A DNA stretch of 64,000 nt. Origin: an uncultured Gammaproteobacteria bacterium. Its GTDB lineage: Bacteria > Pseudomonadota > Gammaproteobacteria > UBA9214. Location of the stretch: the NCBI GenBank assembly GCA_963773065.1, contig CAVYZN010000021.1:1-64000 (forward strand), read 5' to 3'. The notes under the pieces were generated by a model. The model worked only from the letters and a program-made list of their open reading frames with translations. It ran no database searches and was not told the origin of the DNA. This document shows positions 29,346 to 40,673 of this stretch, one piece after another. The position numbers and the translations under genes were made by a program. The stretch's first letter is position 1; each line of letters starts with the position of its first letter.

Positions 29346-31946
29346 ATGACCGAGTTCGCGAAAGAAATTCTTACCGTCAATCTCGAAGACGAGATGAAGC
29401 AGTCCTATCTCGATTACGCCATGAGCGTGATCGTAGGGCGCGCCTTGCCGGATGTGCGTGATGGTCTCAAGCCGGTACACCGGCGGGCCCTCTACGCCAT
29501 GTATGAGCAGAACAACGACTGGAACAAGCCGTACAAGAAGTCGGCGCGTCTGGTCGGCGACATTATGGGTAAGTACCACCCGCACGGTGATAGCGCCATC
29601 TACGACACCATCGTGCGCATGGCCCAACCCTTCTCCCTGCGCTACATGCTGGTGGACGGCCAGGGCAATTTCGGTTCCGTCGACGGCGATGCCCCGGCGG
29701 CGATGCGTTATACCGAGATCCGCATGGCCCGCATCGCGCATGAACTGCTGGCGGACATCGACAAGGAGACGGTCAATTTCGTTCCCAACTACGACGAGAA
29801 CGAGAAAGAACCCACTGTCCTGCCGACCAAGGTCCCCAACCTGCTGATCAACGGTTCGGCCGGTATCGCCGTGGGCATGGCGACCAATATCCCGCCGCAC
29901 AATCTGACGGAAATCATCAACGCCTGCCTGGCCCTGATTGAAAACCCGGCTATCGACGTCGCCGGGCTGATGCAGCACGTGCCGGGGCCGGACTTCCCCA
30001 CGGCCGCCATCATCAACGGCGTGCGCGGCATCCATGAGGCCTATCACACCGGGCGTGGCCGCATCTACATACGGGCGCGCAACCACATCGAGGGTGACGA
30101 GTACAAGGGGCGCCAGTCGATCGTCTTTACCGAACTGCCCTACCAGGTCAACAAGGCGCGCCTGCTGGAGAAGATCGCCGAACTGGTCAAGGACAAGAAG
30201 GTCGATGGCATCTCGGGCCTGCGGGATGAGTCGGACAAGGATGGCATGCGCATGGTCATCGACCTCAAGCGGGGCGAGGTCGCCGAGGTCGTGCTGAACA
30301 ATCTCTACCAGCACACGCAACTGCAGAGCGTGTTCGGCATCAACATGGTTGCCCTGGTCGATGGCCGGCCGCGATTGCTGAATCTGAAGGAGTGCCTGGA
30401 GGCTTTCATCCGTCACCGCCGCGATGTGGTGACGCGGCGCACGGTCTTCGAGCTGCGCAAGGCGCGCCAGCGCGCGCACGTGTTGGAAGGACTGGCGGTG
30501 GCGCTGGCCAATATCGACGCCGTGATTGCCCTCATCAAGGGTTCCGCGAACCGCGTCGCGGCACGGCAGGCATTGATGGAGAGGATTTGGGAGCCGGGCA
30601 TCGTGACGGCCATGGTTGAGCGTGCCGGGGCGAATGCCTCGCGTCCGGATGACCTGGGGGATCAATATGGTCTGATCGAGGACGGGTACCGGCTTTCCGA
30701 TGCCCAGACACAGGCCATCCTGGATCTGCGCCTGCACCAGTTGACCGGCCTCGAGCAGGATAAAATCGTCGGTGAATACCAGGAATTGCTGGCAGAGATA
30801 CAGAAACTGCTGGCTATCCTCAGCAAGCCGGAGCGGCTGATGGAGGTTATCCGCGGGGAACTGACGGGATTGCGTGAGCAGTTCGGCGATGCGCGTCGAA
30901 CCGAAATCCTGACGGATCATCGGGATCTTACGCTCGAGGATCTGATCACCGAGGAGGATGTCGTCGTCACCCTCTCGCATGCCGGTTATGCAAAGTCGCA
31001 GCCATTGAGCGATTACCGCGCCCAGCGCCGCGGCGGCCGCGGCAAGAGCGCGACCGATATCCGGGAAGAGGACTTCATCGACAAGCTGTTTATCGCCAGC
31101 ACGCATGACACCATCCTGTGTTTCTCGAGTCGCGGCAAGGTGTACTGGCTCAAGGTATACGAGTTGCCGCAGGCGGGGCGCGGCGCGCGCGGCAAACCCA
31201 TCGTGAACCTGCTGCCGCTCGAGGCCGGTGAACGGATCAACGCCATCCTGCCGATCCGTGAGTTCACGCAGGATCATTACATCTTCATGGCCACGGCCCT
31301 GGGCACGGTAAAAAAGACCGCGTTGCCGGAATTCTCCCGGCAACGCACGAGCGGCATCATCGCCGTAGGCTTGAATGAAGGTGATTACCTCGTCAATGTC
31401 GCGATTACCGACGGCTCACGTGACATTATGCTGTTCAGTGATGCCGGCAAGGTGACCCGTTTCGCCGAGAAGGATGTCCGGCCCATGGGGCGGACCGCCT
31501 GCGGCGTGCGCGGCATCCGGCTGGGGCCGGGACAGCGCGTGATCTCCATGATCATCGCCGGCGAGAGTCCGGTACTGACCGTGACCGGAAACGGCTACGG
31601 CAAGCGCACGCTGGCCGACGACTATCCGGTGTATGGCCGCGGCGGCCAGGGGGTGATCGCGATCCAGGTCAACGAACGCAATGGCCCGGTGGTCGGCGCC
31701 GTACCCGCCGATGACGCCGATGAAGTCATGCTGATCAGCAGCGGCGGTACGCTGGTGCGCATGCGGGTGAATGAGATTTCCATCATGGGCAGGAATACCC
31801 AGGGTGTGCGTCTGATTTCCCTGACGGACGGGGAAACGCTGGTTGGCATCGAGCGCATCGTCGAAGAGCGGGTCGAGACGCAAGACACGGATGATGTCGC
31901 GGATGATGTCGCGGATGACGCCGCGGATAACACCGCGGGTGAATAG
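29346..31946 (+). CDS. gyrA: DNA gyrase subunit A
   Basis: [33 protein letters not shown], GyrA-box QRRGGRG, acidic tail. Confidence 0.98.
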   Translation: MTEFAKEILTVNLEDEMKQSYLDYAMSVIVGRALPDVRDGLKPVHRRALYAMYEQNNDWNKPYKKSARLVGDIMGKYHPHGDSAIYDTIVRMAQPFSLRYMLVDGQGNFGSVDGDAPAAMRYTEIRMARIAHELLADIDKETVNFVPNYDENEKEPTVLPTKVPNLLINGSAGIAVGMATNIPPHNLTEIINACLALIENPAIDVAGLMQHVPGPDFPTAAIINGVRGIHEAYHTGRGRIYIRARNHIEGDEYKGRQSIVFTELPYQVNKARLLEKIAELVKDKKVDGISGLRDESDKDGMRMVIDLKRGEVAEVVLNNLYQHTQLQSVFGINMVALVDGRPRLLNLKECLEAFIRHRRDVVTRRTVFELRKARQRAHVLEGLAVALANIDAVIALIKGSANRVAARQALMERIWEPGIVTAMVERAGANASRPDDLGDQYGLIEDGYRLSDAQTQAILDLRLHQLTGLEQDKIVGEYQELLAEIQKLLAILSKPERLMEVIRGELTGLREQFGDARRTEILTDHRDLTLEDLITEEDVVVTLSHAGYAKSQPLSDYRAQRRGGRGKSATDIREEDFIDKLFIASTHDTILCFSSRGKVYWLKVYELPQAGRGARGKPIVNLLPLEAGERINAILPIREFTQDHYIFMATALGTVKKTALPEFSRQRTSGIIAVGLNEGDYLVNVAITDGSRDIMLFSDAGKVTRFAEKDVRPMGRTACGVRGIRLGPGQRVISMIIAGESPVLTVTGNGYGKRTLADDYPVYGRGGQGVIAIQVNERNGPVVGAVPADDADEVMLISSGGTLVRMRVNEISIMGRNTQGVRLISLTDGETLVGIERIVEERVETQDTDDVADDVADDAADNTAGE

Positions 31947-32006
31947 GCCGGTAGCGGAATCACCCCGGTATGACAGGTTCAAAAACACTATCTGGTGAGG
32001 TTGTGA

Positions 32007-33089
32007 ATGGCTGATATCTACAATTTCAGCGCCGGGCCGGCGGTTCTGCCGCAACCGGTGCTGGCGCGCGCGCGCGATGAACTCCTCGACTGGCATGGTT
32101 CGGGGATGTCGGTGATGGAGATGAGCCACCGGGGCAAGGAGTTCGTCTCGATAGCGGAATTGGCCGAGGCGGATCTGCGCGAGCTGCTGGGGATTTCATC
32201 CGACTATCACGTGCTGTTCCTGCAGGGCGGCGCCACCAGCCAGTTTGCCATGGTGCCCATGAACCTGCTGCGCGGGCGCCAGAAGGCTGACTATGTCAAC
32301 ACCGGCGCCTGGTCCAAAAAGGCGATCAGCGAGGCCAGACGCTATTGCCTGGTGAATGTGGCGGCATCCTCCGAAGCCGCCCGGTTCACCACGATTCCGG
32401 CGCAGGACACCTGGAATCTGGACCCGGCGGCCGCCTATGTCCACTACACCCCCAATGAGACCATTGGCGGTGTGGAGTTCGACTGGATACCCGCCACCGG
32501 GGATGTGCCGCTGGTTGCCGATATGTCATCGACGCTCCTGTCCCGGCCCGTGGATGTTTCAAGGTTCGGCCTGATCTATGCCGGTGCGCAGAAGAATATC
32601 GGCCCGGCCGGCCTGACGGTGGTCATCGTTCGCAAGGACCTGGTCGGCACCACCCTCGCCAGCGCTCCCTCGATGTTCGACTACAAGGCCCATGCGGACA
32701 ACGGCTCCATGCTCAATACCCCGCCGACCTTTGGCTGGTATCTGGCCGGTCTCGTGTTCCAGTGGCTCAAGGAGCAGGGGGGGCTCAAGGCCATGGCGGT
32801 CATCAATCAACGCAAGGCCGGCAAGCTCTATGCGGCCATCGACGCCAGCGGCTTTTATCATTGCCCCGTCGATGTCCGTTGCCGTTCCTGGATGAATGTG
32901 CCGTTCACGCTAGCCGATGACGCGCTCGACGGCGATTTTCTCGCCGAGGCAAAAGCGGCCGGGCTGCTCAGTCTCAAGGGACACCGGTCCGTCGGCGGTA
33001 TGCGCGCCAGTCTGTATAACGCCATGCCGGAGGCGGGCGTCAGCGCGCTGATCGGGTTCATGCAGGAATTCGAACGCACCCGCGGGTGA
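32007..33089 (+). CDS. serC: Phosphoserine aminotransferase
   Basis: NFSAGPA, EMSHRG, GAQKNIGPAG, GHRSVGGMRAS. Confidence 0.97.
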   Translation: MADIYNFSAGPAVLPQPVLARARDELLDWHGSGMSVMEMSHRGKEFVSIAELAEADLRELLGISSDYHVLFLQGGATSQFAMVPMNLLRGRQKADYVNTGAWSKKAISEARRYCLVNVAASSEAARFTTIPAQDTWNLDPAAAYVHYTPNETIGGVEFDWIPATGDVPLVADMSSTLLSRPVDVSRFGLIYAGAQKNIGPAGLTVVIVRKDLVGTTLASAPSMFDYKAHADNGSMLNTPPTFGWYLAGLVFQWLKEQGGLKAMAVINQRKAGKLYAAIDASGFYHCPVDVRCRSWMNVPFTLADDALDGDFLAEAKAAGLLSLKGHRSVGGMRASLYNAMPEAGVSALIGFMQEFERTRG

Positions 33090-33150
33090 GGCAAGCTTGA
33101 GCGCGCCACCCGCTAACTCACCAGGCTTATCGATCAACGGCAGCAGGCGT

Positions 33151-34314
33151 ATGCACAAGATCCTGACACTGAACAATATCTCTCCGAGCGGACTGGAACA
33201 CATGCCACGGGAGAGCTACGAGATTGCCTCCGAAATACAGCATCCCGATGCGATCCTGTTGCGTTCCTTCAACATGCATGAAATGGATGTCGCGCCGACG
33301 GTGAAGGCCATCGGACGCGCCGGCGCCGGCGTCAACAATATTCCCGTCGACCGGATGAGCAAGGCCGGCATACCGGTGTTCAACGCCCCGGGAGCGAATG
33401 CCAACGCGGTCAAGGAACTGGTGATTGCCGGCATGCTGATGGGCGCGCGCAACCTGTGCCAGGGCTGGCTGTTTGCCCGAAACCTGGAAGGCGATGATGC
33501 TGAAATACACCGCCAAGTCGAGGCCGGCAAGAAGCGGTTTGTCGGTTTTGAACTGCCGGGCAAGACACTGGGGGTGGTCGGGCTGGGCGCCATCGGTGTC
33601 CAGGTGGCCAATGGCGCGCTCTCGCTCGGCATGAATGTCATCGGCCTGGATCCGGGGATCACGGTCCAGCGCGCCTGGGAAGTGTCGTCGCAGGTACGCA
33701 AGGCGGCCAGCATCGAGGAGGTGCTGATCAATTCGGATTTCGTGACCTTCCATGTGCCGCTGGTCGATGCCACCCGCAGGATGATCAACGAGGACAGGCT
33801 GAAACTGGTCAGGAACAACGCCGTCATTCTCAATTTCTCGCGCCACGGCGTGGTCGATGACGCCGCCGTGGTGGCGGCGATCAATGCGGGCAAGGTGTAT
33901 GCCTATGTGTGCGATTTTCCCGACAACTTGCTGAAGAACCATCCCCGCGTGATTGTCCTGCCCCACCTCGGGGCTTCCACACGGGAGGCCGAGGAGAACT
34001 GCGCCGTGATGGTCGTCGAACAGGTCAGGGATTTCCTCGAAAACGGCAACATCCGCAATTCGGTCAACTTCCCGGAATTGTTCATGCCGCGCAATGGCGC
34101 ATTCCGGGTGGCGATTGCCAATGAGAATGTGCCGAACATGCTCGGCCAGATCTCGACCTGCATGGCCGATGCCGGCCTGAACATACTCGACATGCTCAAC
34201 AAGTCGCGCGGTGAACTGGCCTATACGCTGGTTGATGTGGATACTCCGCTGCCACCGGAATGCCTCAGTCGCATCGCGGCCATCAAGGGCGTGCTCAACG
34301 TGAGAACCCTGTGA
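33151..34314 (+). CDS. serA: D-3-phosphoglycerate dehydrogenase with ACT domain
   Basis: RAGAGVNN, GVVGLGAIG, PHLGAST, C-terminal ACT. Confidence 0.93.
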   Translation: MHKILTLNNISPSGLEHMPRESYEIASEIQHPDAILLRSFNMHEMDVAPTVKAIGRAGAGVNNIPVDRMSKAGIPVFNAPGANANAVKELVIAGMLMGARNLCQGWLFARNLEGDDAEIHRQVEAGKKRFVGFELPGKTLGVVGLGAIGVQVANGALSLGMNVIGLDPGITVQRAWEVSSQVRKAASIEEVLINSDFVTFHVPLVDATRRMINEDRLKLVRNNAVILNFSRHGVVDDAAVVAAINAGKVYAYVCDFPDNLLKNHPRVIVLPHLGASTREAEENCAVMVVEQVRDFLENGNIRNSVNFPELFMPRNGAFRVAIANENVPNMLGQISTCMADAGLNILDMLNKSRGELAYTLVDVDTPLPPECLSRIAAIKGVLNVRTL

Positions 34315-34394
34315 CCGGTCGCGTCCCTGTACACGCCGGTCAGGGAACCGCGCTCACCCTCGTCAGGGACCGGCTTTTTCCCCGTTGCTGAAAC

Positions 34395-35480
34395 ATGTCG
34401 ACCGACCAGAGACTCGAAGCCTTGCGCCACCGCATCGATGCCCTGGATGAACAGATCCAGCGGTTTATCACCGAGCGCGCCGAATGCGCCAAGGAAGTCG
34501 CGGAGGTGAAGTCAGAGCAGGGCGGAAATACGGATTTCTACCGCCCGGAGAGGGAGGCCGGAATACTGCGGCGCGTCAGCGAAAGGAATACCGGCCCGCT
34601 TCCCGCCGAGGAAATGGTACGCCTGTTCCGGGAAATCATGTCGGCCTGCCTGGCGCTGGAAAAACCCCTGTCGATCGCCTTCCTCGGACCGGAAGGAACC
34701 TTCACCCAGGCCGCGGCCCTGAAACACTTCGGCCACTCCGTGAAGACCTTGGCGCTGGATGGCATAGACGATGTCTTCAGGGAGGTGGAGGCCGGCGCCG
34801 CCGATTACGGCGTGGTGCCGGTCGAGAATTCAACCGAAGGTGTCATCAACCATACCCTGGATATGTTCCAGCGCTCGCCACTTAGCATCTGCGGGGAAGT
34901 CGAATTGCGCATCCATCATCACCTGCTGGCCGCTGACGCGGACCGCAACAAGGTCAAGCGCGTGCTCGCTCACCAGCAGGCGCTGGCGCAATGCCGCGGC
35001 TGGCTCGATGCCAACCTGTCGCAGGCCGAGCGCATTGCGGTTGCCAGCAATGCCGAAGCCGCGCGCTTGGTCCGGGATCAGCCAGGCAGCGCCGCCATCG
35101 CCGGAGAGATGGCCGCCGAGTTGTACGATGTCGTTATCGTGGCCCGCAATATCGAGGATCAGCCGGACAATACCACCCGGTTTCTCATCATCGGTCACCA
35201 GCATGCCTTGCCCAGCGGACTCGACAAGACCTCGATACTAGTTTCCGTGCAAAACCAGCCGGGCGCGCTGTACAGCCTGCTTCAGCCAATCGCCCGGAAT
35301 GGCATCAGCATGAGCCGTATCGAATCGCGTCCGTCCCGCCAGGGTATGTGGCAATATGTCTTCTACATCGATCTGGAGGGACACCACAATGATGCGTCTG
35401 TGGCGGCGGCATTGGACGAGCTGAAGAAGAAGGCATCTGTCGTCCGGGTGCTCGGCTCCTATCCCAGGGCCGTACTGTAG
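34395..35480 (+). CDS. pheA: Chorismate mutase/prephenate dehydratase
   Basis: LRHRIDALD, FLGPEGTF, PVENSTEG, NTTRF, IESRPS. Confidence 0.97.
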   Translation: MSTDQRLEALRHRIDALDEQIQRFITERAECAKEVAEVKSEQGGNTDFYRPEREAGILRRVSERNTGPLPAEEMVRLFREIMSACLALEKPLSIAFLGPEGTFTQAAALKHFGHSVKTLALDGIDDVFREVEAGAADYGVVPVENSTEGVINHTLDMFQRSPLSICGEVELRIHHHLLAADADRNKVKRVLAHQQALAQCRGWLDANLSQAERIAVASNAEAARLVRDQPGSAAIAGEMAAELYDVVIVARNIEDQPDNTTRFLIIGHQHALPSGLDKTSILVSVQNQPGALYSLLQPIARNGISMSRIESRPSRQGMWQYVFYIDLEGHHNDASVAAALDELKKKASVVRVLGSYPRAVL

Positions 35481-35492
35481 CCCGCGGGCTAG

Positions 35493-37242
35493 CCCGCATC
35501 CGTCACCGATTCAGCGAATGGGTGGGACGCGGGTTGATCTTCGACGATGGTGAGGGGCTGAAGCGCGCAGTGGACGCTGTTTCGGAGTGAGCGTGAACCA
35601 TTTTCTCAACCCCTGCGAAGGATCGTCGTCCTTGGCAGGGGTTTTTGGTGTTTGGCCAGTCTCAGGACGTGGCTTGCCCTCAGCGCGTGCTGATCAGATC
35701 GACGCTGCGCTCAGCGAGGTTTGGTGGGTCTATCCAGAGGCCGCCCACAGGGGATGGCAACGCAGATTCGCCAGGATCTGCGCAAAGGCATTCGCATACG
35801 GATACGCTTCAGAGAACGACAACCAGAGCTTGCGCACCGTGATTTTCAGGCGAGCACCGATCTTCAGCAGCTTCAGCCGGATCGTGGTCGACTGCGCGCG
35901 AGCGAGCTCGGTGCCTTGCAACCCGAGCCGACGCAGACCGTGCATCAGCACATAGGCAAACGATGCAAAATACAGCCGCAGCTGATTCGCCCGCAGCGTC
36001 GCGGCACTGGTGCGGTCGGCGAACAGCCCCAACTGCTGCTCCTTGATCCGGTTCTCCATTTCCCCGCGCGCGCAGTAGAGCTGCTCGTACAGGCGCTGGG
36101 CGCCAGCGCGCTGGACCGGCAGATTCGTTACCACGAAGCGCGGATTGGTACCCTTGGGCAGATACTCGGCCTTGCCGATCACCCGCCGCCGGCGCGACCA
36201 GGATTTGCGCGTGCGATAGCGGAAGTCGCGGTAGCGGCGCGCGGGCTCGCCGTGCGCTGATACGCGGCACGGGCCTCTCGCATCTGCCCGCCACGGCCCG
36301 CACCAGCCGCGCATTGCGCGCTAAGCCCACGACATAGCCGATCGCGTGCTGCTCACACCAGCGCAGGATCGACTCGCGGCAGAACCCCGCGTCGCCGCGG
36401 ATGATGATGCGTGTCTTCGGCCAATGGCGACGGATCTGCGCCACGATCCGGCTCAACTCTTCCACGCTGCCGGCTGCGGCATCGATGTTCGATGGACGCA
36501 ACCGGGCGCACAGCAGGTGCTCGCGCAGAAGATATACAGCGGTAGGTAACAATAGCCGCCGTAGTACCCGTGGAAGAACCGCCCTTCCTGGTGACCGTGC
36601 AGCGGATCATCGGTGGCATCCAGGTCCAGCCAGATCTCCCGGGCGGCTTCGCATGCGACTCGATGAACACATCGACCAGCAGGCGGTCCAGGGCTTCGGG
36701 ATCGGCGGCAATCTTTTGGTAACGGTGCGTGGCGGCGTTCTGCGGCGTACTCAACTCCAGACGGTTGAGCGTGCTCGAACCGGCCAGCGGATAACCCCGG
36801 TCGCGCTCGCGCACCGCGACTCACCGACCAGATCGGACTTGCCGACCAACAGCGCCAGTAGACTGTCCGCGCGCAGCGCATCGTGATCGTTGAGGTCCTC
36901 GTAGCCCAAGGCCAGGCCGTAGACGCGCTGGGCAAGCAGTTTCTGAACATGGTGTTCGACACTCTCCGGATGGCGGTAATCCACAAAGCAGTCGGCCAAC
37001 CGCCCCATCAGACCGATGCGCAGGTCCACCTCGCGCAGCAGCACGCCGCCACCATCCGAGGTGATCCGGCCACCATCGAAACGGCCGATCACCTCACGAC
37101 GGCCAAGGGCAAGAAATTCCAGTTGCTCTGCAGTACACTCTGTCTTCATAAGGCTGTTTCTCTCCGCGGCAATAATTACTTGATCCCACAAGCGTTATGC
37201 CATGAAAAACAGCCTTTTTCTATCTTTGGTGAGAAATGCGGG
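35493..37242 (-). mobile_element. IS1380-family insertion sequence, 1750 bp
   Basis: IRs CCCGCATCCGTCACC / GGTGAGAAATGCGGG; CTAG duplicated at 35489-35492 and 37243-37246. Confidence 0.9.
35730..37149 (-). CDS. IS1380 DDE transposase (multiple frameshifts)
   Basis: FDGGRITSDGG, GYEDLNDH, LDLDATDDPLHGHQEG, RGDAGF, YCARGEMENRIKE. Confidence 0.88.
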
Positions 37243-37304
37243 CTAGCCCGTGTGAGCACGCGTCGAGTCGCAACGGCATTTCCCCGCCAGGATGATACTG
37301 ACGT

Positions 37305-38417
37305 ATGCATTGTGAAGAACTGGCGGTAGCGGGCGTACGTGCGTTACAGCCCTATCAGCCGGGCATGCCAATAGCCGAACTGGAACGCCGATACGGGGTT
37401 CGCAACGCCGTCAAACTGGCTTCCAACGAGAACCCGCTGGGGCCGAGCCCGCTGGCCATCGCGGCCGCGCATGGGGCGCTTGCGGACAGCGCGCGCTACC
37501 CCGAGGGCGGCGGCCACCACCTGAGAGCACGACTTGCCGCACGGCACTGCGTCGCCCCGGCAGCCATCACCCTGGGTAACGGTTCGAACGATGTGCTTGA
37601 CATCATCGCTCGCGTCTTCCTCGGTCCGGGTGTCGAGGCGGTCTATTCGCGGCATGCCTTCGCCGTCTACCCGATTGCCGTGCAGGCGGTCGGGGCCACG
37701 GCCCGGGTCGCCCTCGCGCATGACGGCAGCCGTGGTCCCGCCTTCGGCCACGATCTCGCGGCCATGCGGACACTGGTCGGATCGGACACCCGTGTCGTGT
37801 TCATCGCCAACCCCAACAACCCGACCGGTACCTGGCTCGATGAAACGGAGCTGCAGGCATTCGTAACCGGTCTGCCGGATCATGTCATCGTCGTCATCGA
37901 TGAGGCCTACTTCGAATATGTGGAAGAAGCGCGTTACCCCGACGCGACTCGTTGGCTCAGCGCATGCCCCAACCTGATCGTGACGCGGACCTTCTCCAAG
38001 GCCTATGGACTCGCCGGCCTGCGCGCCGGATATGCCGTGTCACGCCCTGAGATCGCGCAACTGCTTAACCGCGTCCGGCAGCCCTTCAACGTCAATAGCG
38101 TCGCCCAAGCGGCGGCGCTGGCGGCGTTGGATGATGCGGCGCACCTGGAAAAAAGCATCCGCCTCAACCGGGAAGGCATGCGACAACTGGTGTTCGGTCT
38201 CAAGCGGCTGGGTTTGTCCCATAGCGAGTCGGTGGCTAATTTCGTCGTGGTGGATACCGGCGGCCCGGCGGCGGAACTCTATGAGCGATTATTGAGGCAT
38301 GGCGTGATAGTGCGCCCGATTGCCAACTACGGCATGCCTAACCACCTGCGGGTGAGCGTCGGCCTGCCCGAGGAGAATGCGCGTTTTCTGAACATACTGG
38401 AACAGGTGCTGGCTTGA
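37305..38417 (+). CDS. hisC: Histidinol-phosphate aminotransferase
   Basis: KLASNENPLG, NPNNPTG, DEAY, RTFSKAYGLAGLR. Confidence 0.96.
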   Translation: MHCEELAVAGVRALQPYQPGMPIAELERRYGVRNAVKLASNENPLGPSPLAIAAAHGALADSARYPEGGGHHLRARLAARHCVAPAAITLGNGSNDVLDIIARVFLGPGVEAVYSRHAFAVYPIAVQAVGATARVALAHDGSRGPAFGHDLAAMRTLVGSDTRVVFIANPNNPTGTWLDETELQAFVTGLPDHVIVVIDEAYFEYVEEARYPDATRWLSACPNLIVTRTFSKAYGLAGLRAGYAVSRPEIAQLLNRVRQPFNVNSVAQAAALAALDDAAHLEKSIRLNREGMRQLVFGLKRLGLSHSESVANFVVVDTGGPAAELYERLLRHGVIVRPIANYGMPNHLRVSVGLPEENARFLNILEQVLA

Positions 38418-39274
38418 TCAAACGTTTGTGCATCATCGGTGTGGGGCTGATCGGCGGTTCGCTCGCGCGCGCGTTGCGGGAGGTGGGTTTCTGCCGGGAA
38501 GTGGTCGGCGCCGGGCGCAATCCGGCGCATTTGCAGCAGGCGGTCGATTTGCATGTCATCGACCGTTTCGAGACCGATCCGGCGCAGGCCGTCGCGGGCG
38601 CTGACATGGTGCTGGCAGCGGTCCCGCTGGGCGCGATGGAAGGCGTTTTCAAGGCCATACGCGGCCACCTCGCCGAAGGTGCCGTGCTGACGGACGCGGG
38701 CAGCGCCAAGCGCAGCGTCATCGAAGCGGCCCGCCAGGCATTCGGCCGCGTGCCGGATTTTTTCGTTCCGGGGCATCCCATTGCCGGCACCGAGAACAGC
38801 GGTGTCGCGGCGTCATTATCCAATCTGTATAGGAATCGCCGCGTCATCCTCACGCCCCTGGCGAATACCGACCGGGCGGCCGCGTCACGTGTGCAGGCCA
38901 TGTGGGAGGCGGCCGGCGCCCATGTCATCGAGATGGAACCGGCGCATCATGATGCCGTGCTGGCGGCTACCAGCCACTTGCCCCATGTGCTGGCGTTTGC
39001 GCTGGTGGACAGCCTAGCGCGCCTGGGTGAGCGTGAGGAAATATTCGCCTATGCGGCCGGCGGCTTCCGCGACTTCACCCGTATCGCCTCGAGCGACCCC
39101 GTCATGTGGCGCGATATCTGTCTGGCCAATGGCGACGCCATCGGGCGGATAATCGATCGGTTTATCCATGACCTCGGAGCGATCGGCAAGGCCGTGCATG
39201 AACACGACGGAGTACGCCTGCTGGAAATCTTCACCTCCGCCAAGCAGGCGCGCGACCGTTTCATCGATAAATAA
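38414..39274 (+). CDS. tyrA: Prephenate/arogenate dehydrogenase
   Basis: GVGLIGGS, GHPIAGTE, SHLPH, GGFRDFTRIA. Confidence 0.93.
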   Translation: MIKRLCIIGVGLIGGSLARALREVGFCREVVGAGRNPAHLQQAVDLHVIDRFETDPAQAVAGADMVLAAVPLGAMEGVFKAIRGHLAEGAVLTDAGSAKRSVIEAARQAFGRVPDFFVPGHPIAGTENSGVAASLSNLYRNRRVILTPLANTDRAAASRVQAMWEAAGAHVIEMEPAHHDAVLAATSHLPHVLAFALVDSLARLGEREEIFAYAAGGFRDFTRIASSDPVMWRDICLANGDAIGRIIDRFIHDLGAIGKAVHEHDGVRLLEIFTSAKQARDRFIDK

Positions 39275-39291
39275 TCGTTGGCAGTATCCCC

Positions 39292-40620
39292 ATGACTGAC
39301 AACAGCGCTACGCGGCTCATCCTCAGCCCCGGTGGGAGGCTCACTGGACGGATACGCGTGCCGGGTGATAAATCGATTTCTCACCGCGCGATCATGCTGG
39401 GTTCACTGGCGGAAGGGGCTACCGAGGTGTCCGGTTTTCTCGAAGGCGAGGACAGTCTGGCGACGCTGGCTGCCTTCAGATCGATGGGGGTGCCCATCGA
39501 AGGACCCGACCGGGGGCGGGTCAGCATCCAGGGCGTCGGCCTGCATGGCCTTAAGGCGCCCCGGCACGAACTTTATCTGGGGAATTCCGGCACCTCCATG
39601 CGCCTGATGGCCGGATTGCTGGCCGGCCAGGCTTTCGACGCCACGCTGACCGGAGATGCCTCGCTCTCGGGCCGGCCCATGAAACGGGTGGTCGACCCGC
39701 TCACCCGCATGGGAGCGCGCATCACCACGACGGCGGCGGGCACGGCACCGCTGGTCATCAGGGGAGGTCAGCCGTTGCGGGGGATAGACTACGCCATGCC
39801 GATGGCAAGCGCGCAGGTCAAATCCTGCCTCCTGCTGGCCGGGTTATATGCCAACGGCAGGACCTGCGTAACGGAGCCGGCACCGACCCGTGACCACACG
39901 GAACGCATGCTGGGCGGCATGGGGTATCCAGTATGGCTTGAAGCCGGGCGGGTTTGCCTCGAAGGCGGACATGCCTTGCGGGGCATCTCCATTGATATAC
40001 CAGCGGATATTTCCTCGGCGGCTTTTTTCCTGGTGGGGGCAACCCTGGCGCCCGGTTCCGACCTGATCCTCGAGCATGTCGGCATGAACCCGACACGCAC
40101 TGGCGTGCTCGATATCCTCACGCGCATGGGGGCATCGATCCGGATTACCAACCGGCGCGATGTCGGGGGTGAACCGGTCGCTGATCTGCATGTCCGCCCG
40201 GCGCCGCTGCACGGTATCGATATCCCGCCCGATCTGGTGCCGTTGGCCATCGATGAATTTCCGGCGTTGTTCGTGGCGGCAGCCTGTGCCAGCGGGCGCA
40301 CCGTGTTGACCGGGGCCGAGGAATTGCGTGTCAAGGAGAGTGACCGTATCCAGGTGATGGCAGACGGGTTGGCGGCGCTGGGCATCAGCGCCACGGCAAC
40401 CCCCGACGGCATGATCATCGAGGGAGGCAAGCTCGGGGCGGGCAGCATCGACAGTCACGGCGATCATCGCATCGCCATGGCTTTCGCCATGGCGGCGTTA
40501 CGCGCGGCGGGTAGGATTGAAATCCTCGATTGCGATAATGTGAACACCTCCTTCCCCGGTTTCGTGGAACTGGCCGGCGCACATGGGTTGCGGATCGGAC
40601 CGGCCGGCATTGACGAGTGA
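39292..40620 (+). CDS. aroA: EPSP synthase
   Basis: PGDKSISHR, GNSGT, ASAQVKS, RVKESDR, DHRIAM. Confidence 0.97.
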   Translation: MTDNSATRLILSPGGRLTGRIRVPGDKSISHRAIMLGSLAEGATEVSGFLEGEDSLATLAAFRSMGVPIEGPDRGRVSIQGVGLHGLKAPRHELYLGNSGTSMRLMAGLLAGQAFDATLTGDASLSGRPMKRVVDPLTRMGARITTTAAGTAPLVIRGGQPLRGIDYAMPMASAQVKSCLLLAGLYANGRTCVTEPAPTRDHTERMLGGMGYPVWLEAGRVCLEGGHALRGISIDIPADISSAAFFLVGATLAPGSDLILEHVGMNPTRTGVLDILTRMGASIRITNRRDVGGEPVADLHVRPAPLHGIDIPPDLVPLAIDEFPALFVAAACASGRTVLTGAEELRVKESDRIQVMADGLAALGISATATPDGMIIEGGKLGAGSIDSHGDHRIAMAFAMAALRAAGRIEILDCDNVNTSFPGFVELAGAHGLRIGPAGIDE

Positions 40621-40673
40621 CTCCGGCGCGGCATCGGCTTGCCTCTGACGCCGGAAAGTGAAAATAATCCCTG

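Noticed and set aside
29250-31343. 697-aa antisense ORF over gyrA, and other long shadow ORFs (17923-19428, 2145-3329, 14574-15614)
   Set aside because: These are antisense frames of high-GC coding genes with no motifs; an expected codon-bias artefact.
31889-31930. 12-bp tandem repeat at the gyrA 3' end ([13 protein letters not shown])
   Set aside because: Ordinary low-complexity acidic GyrA tail.
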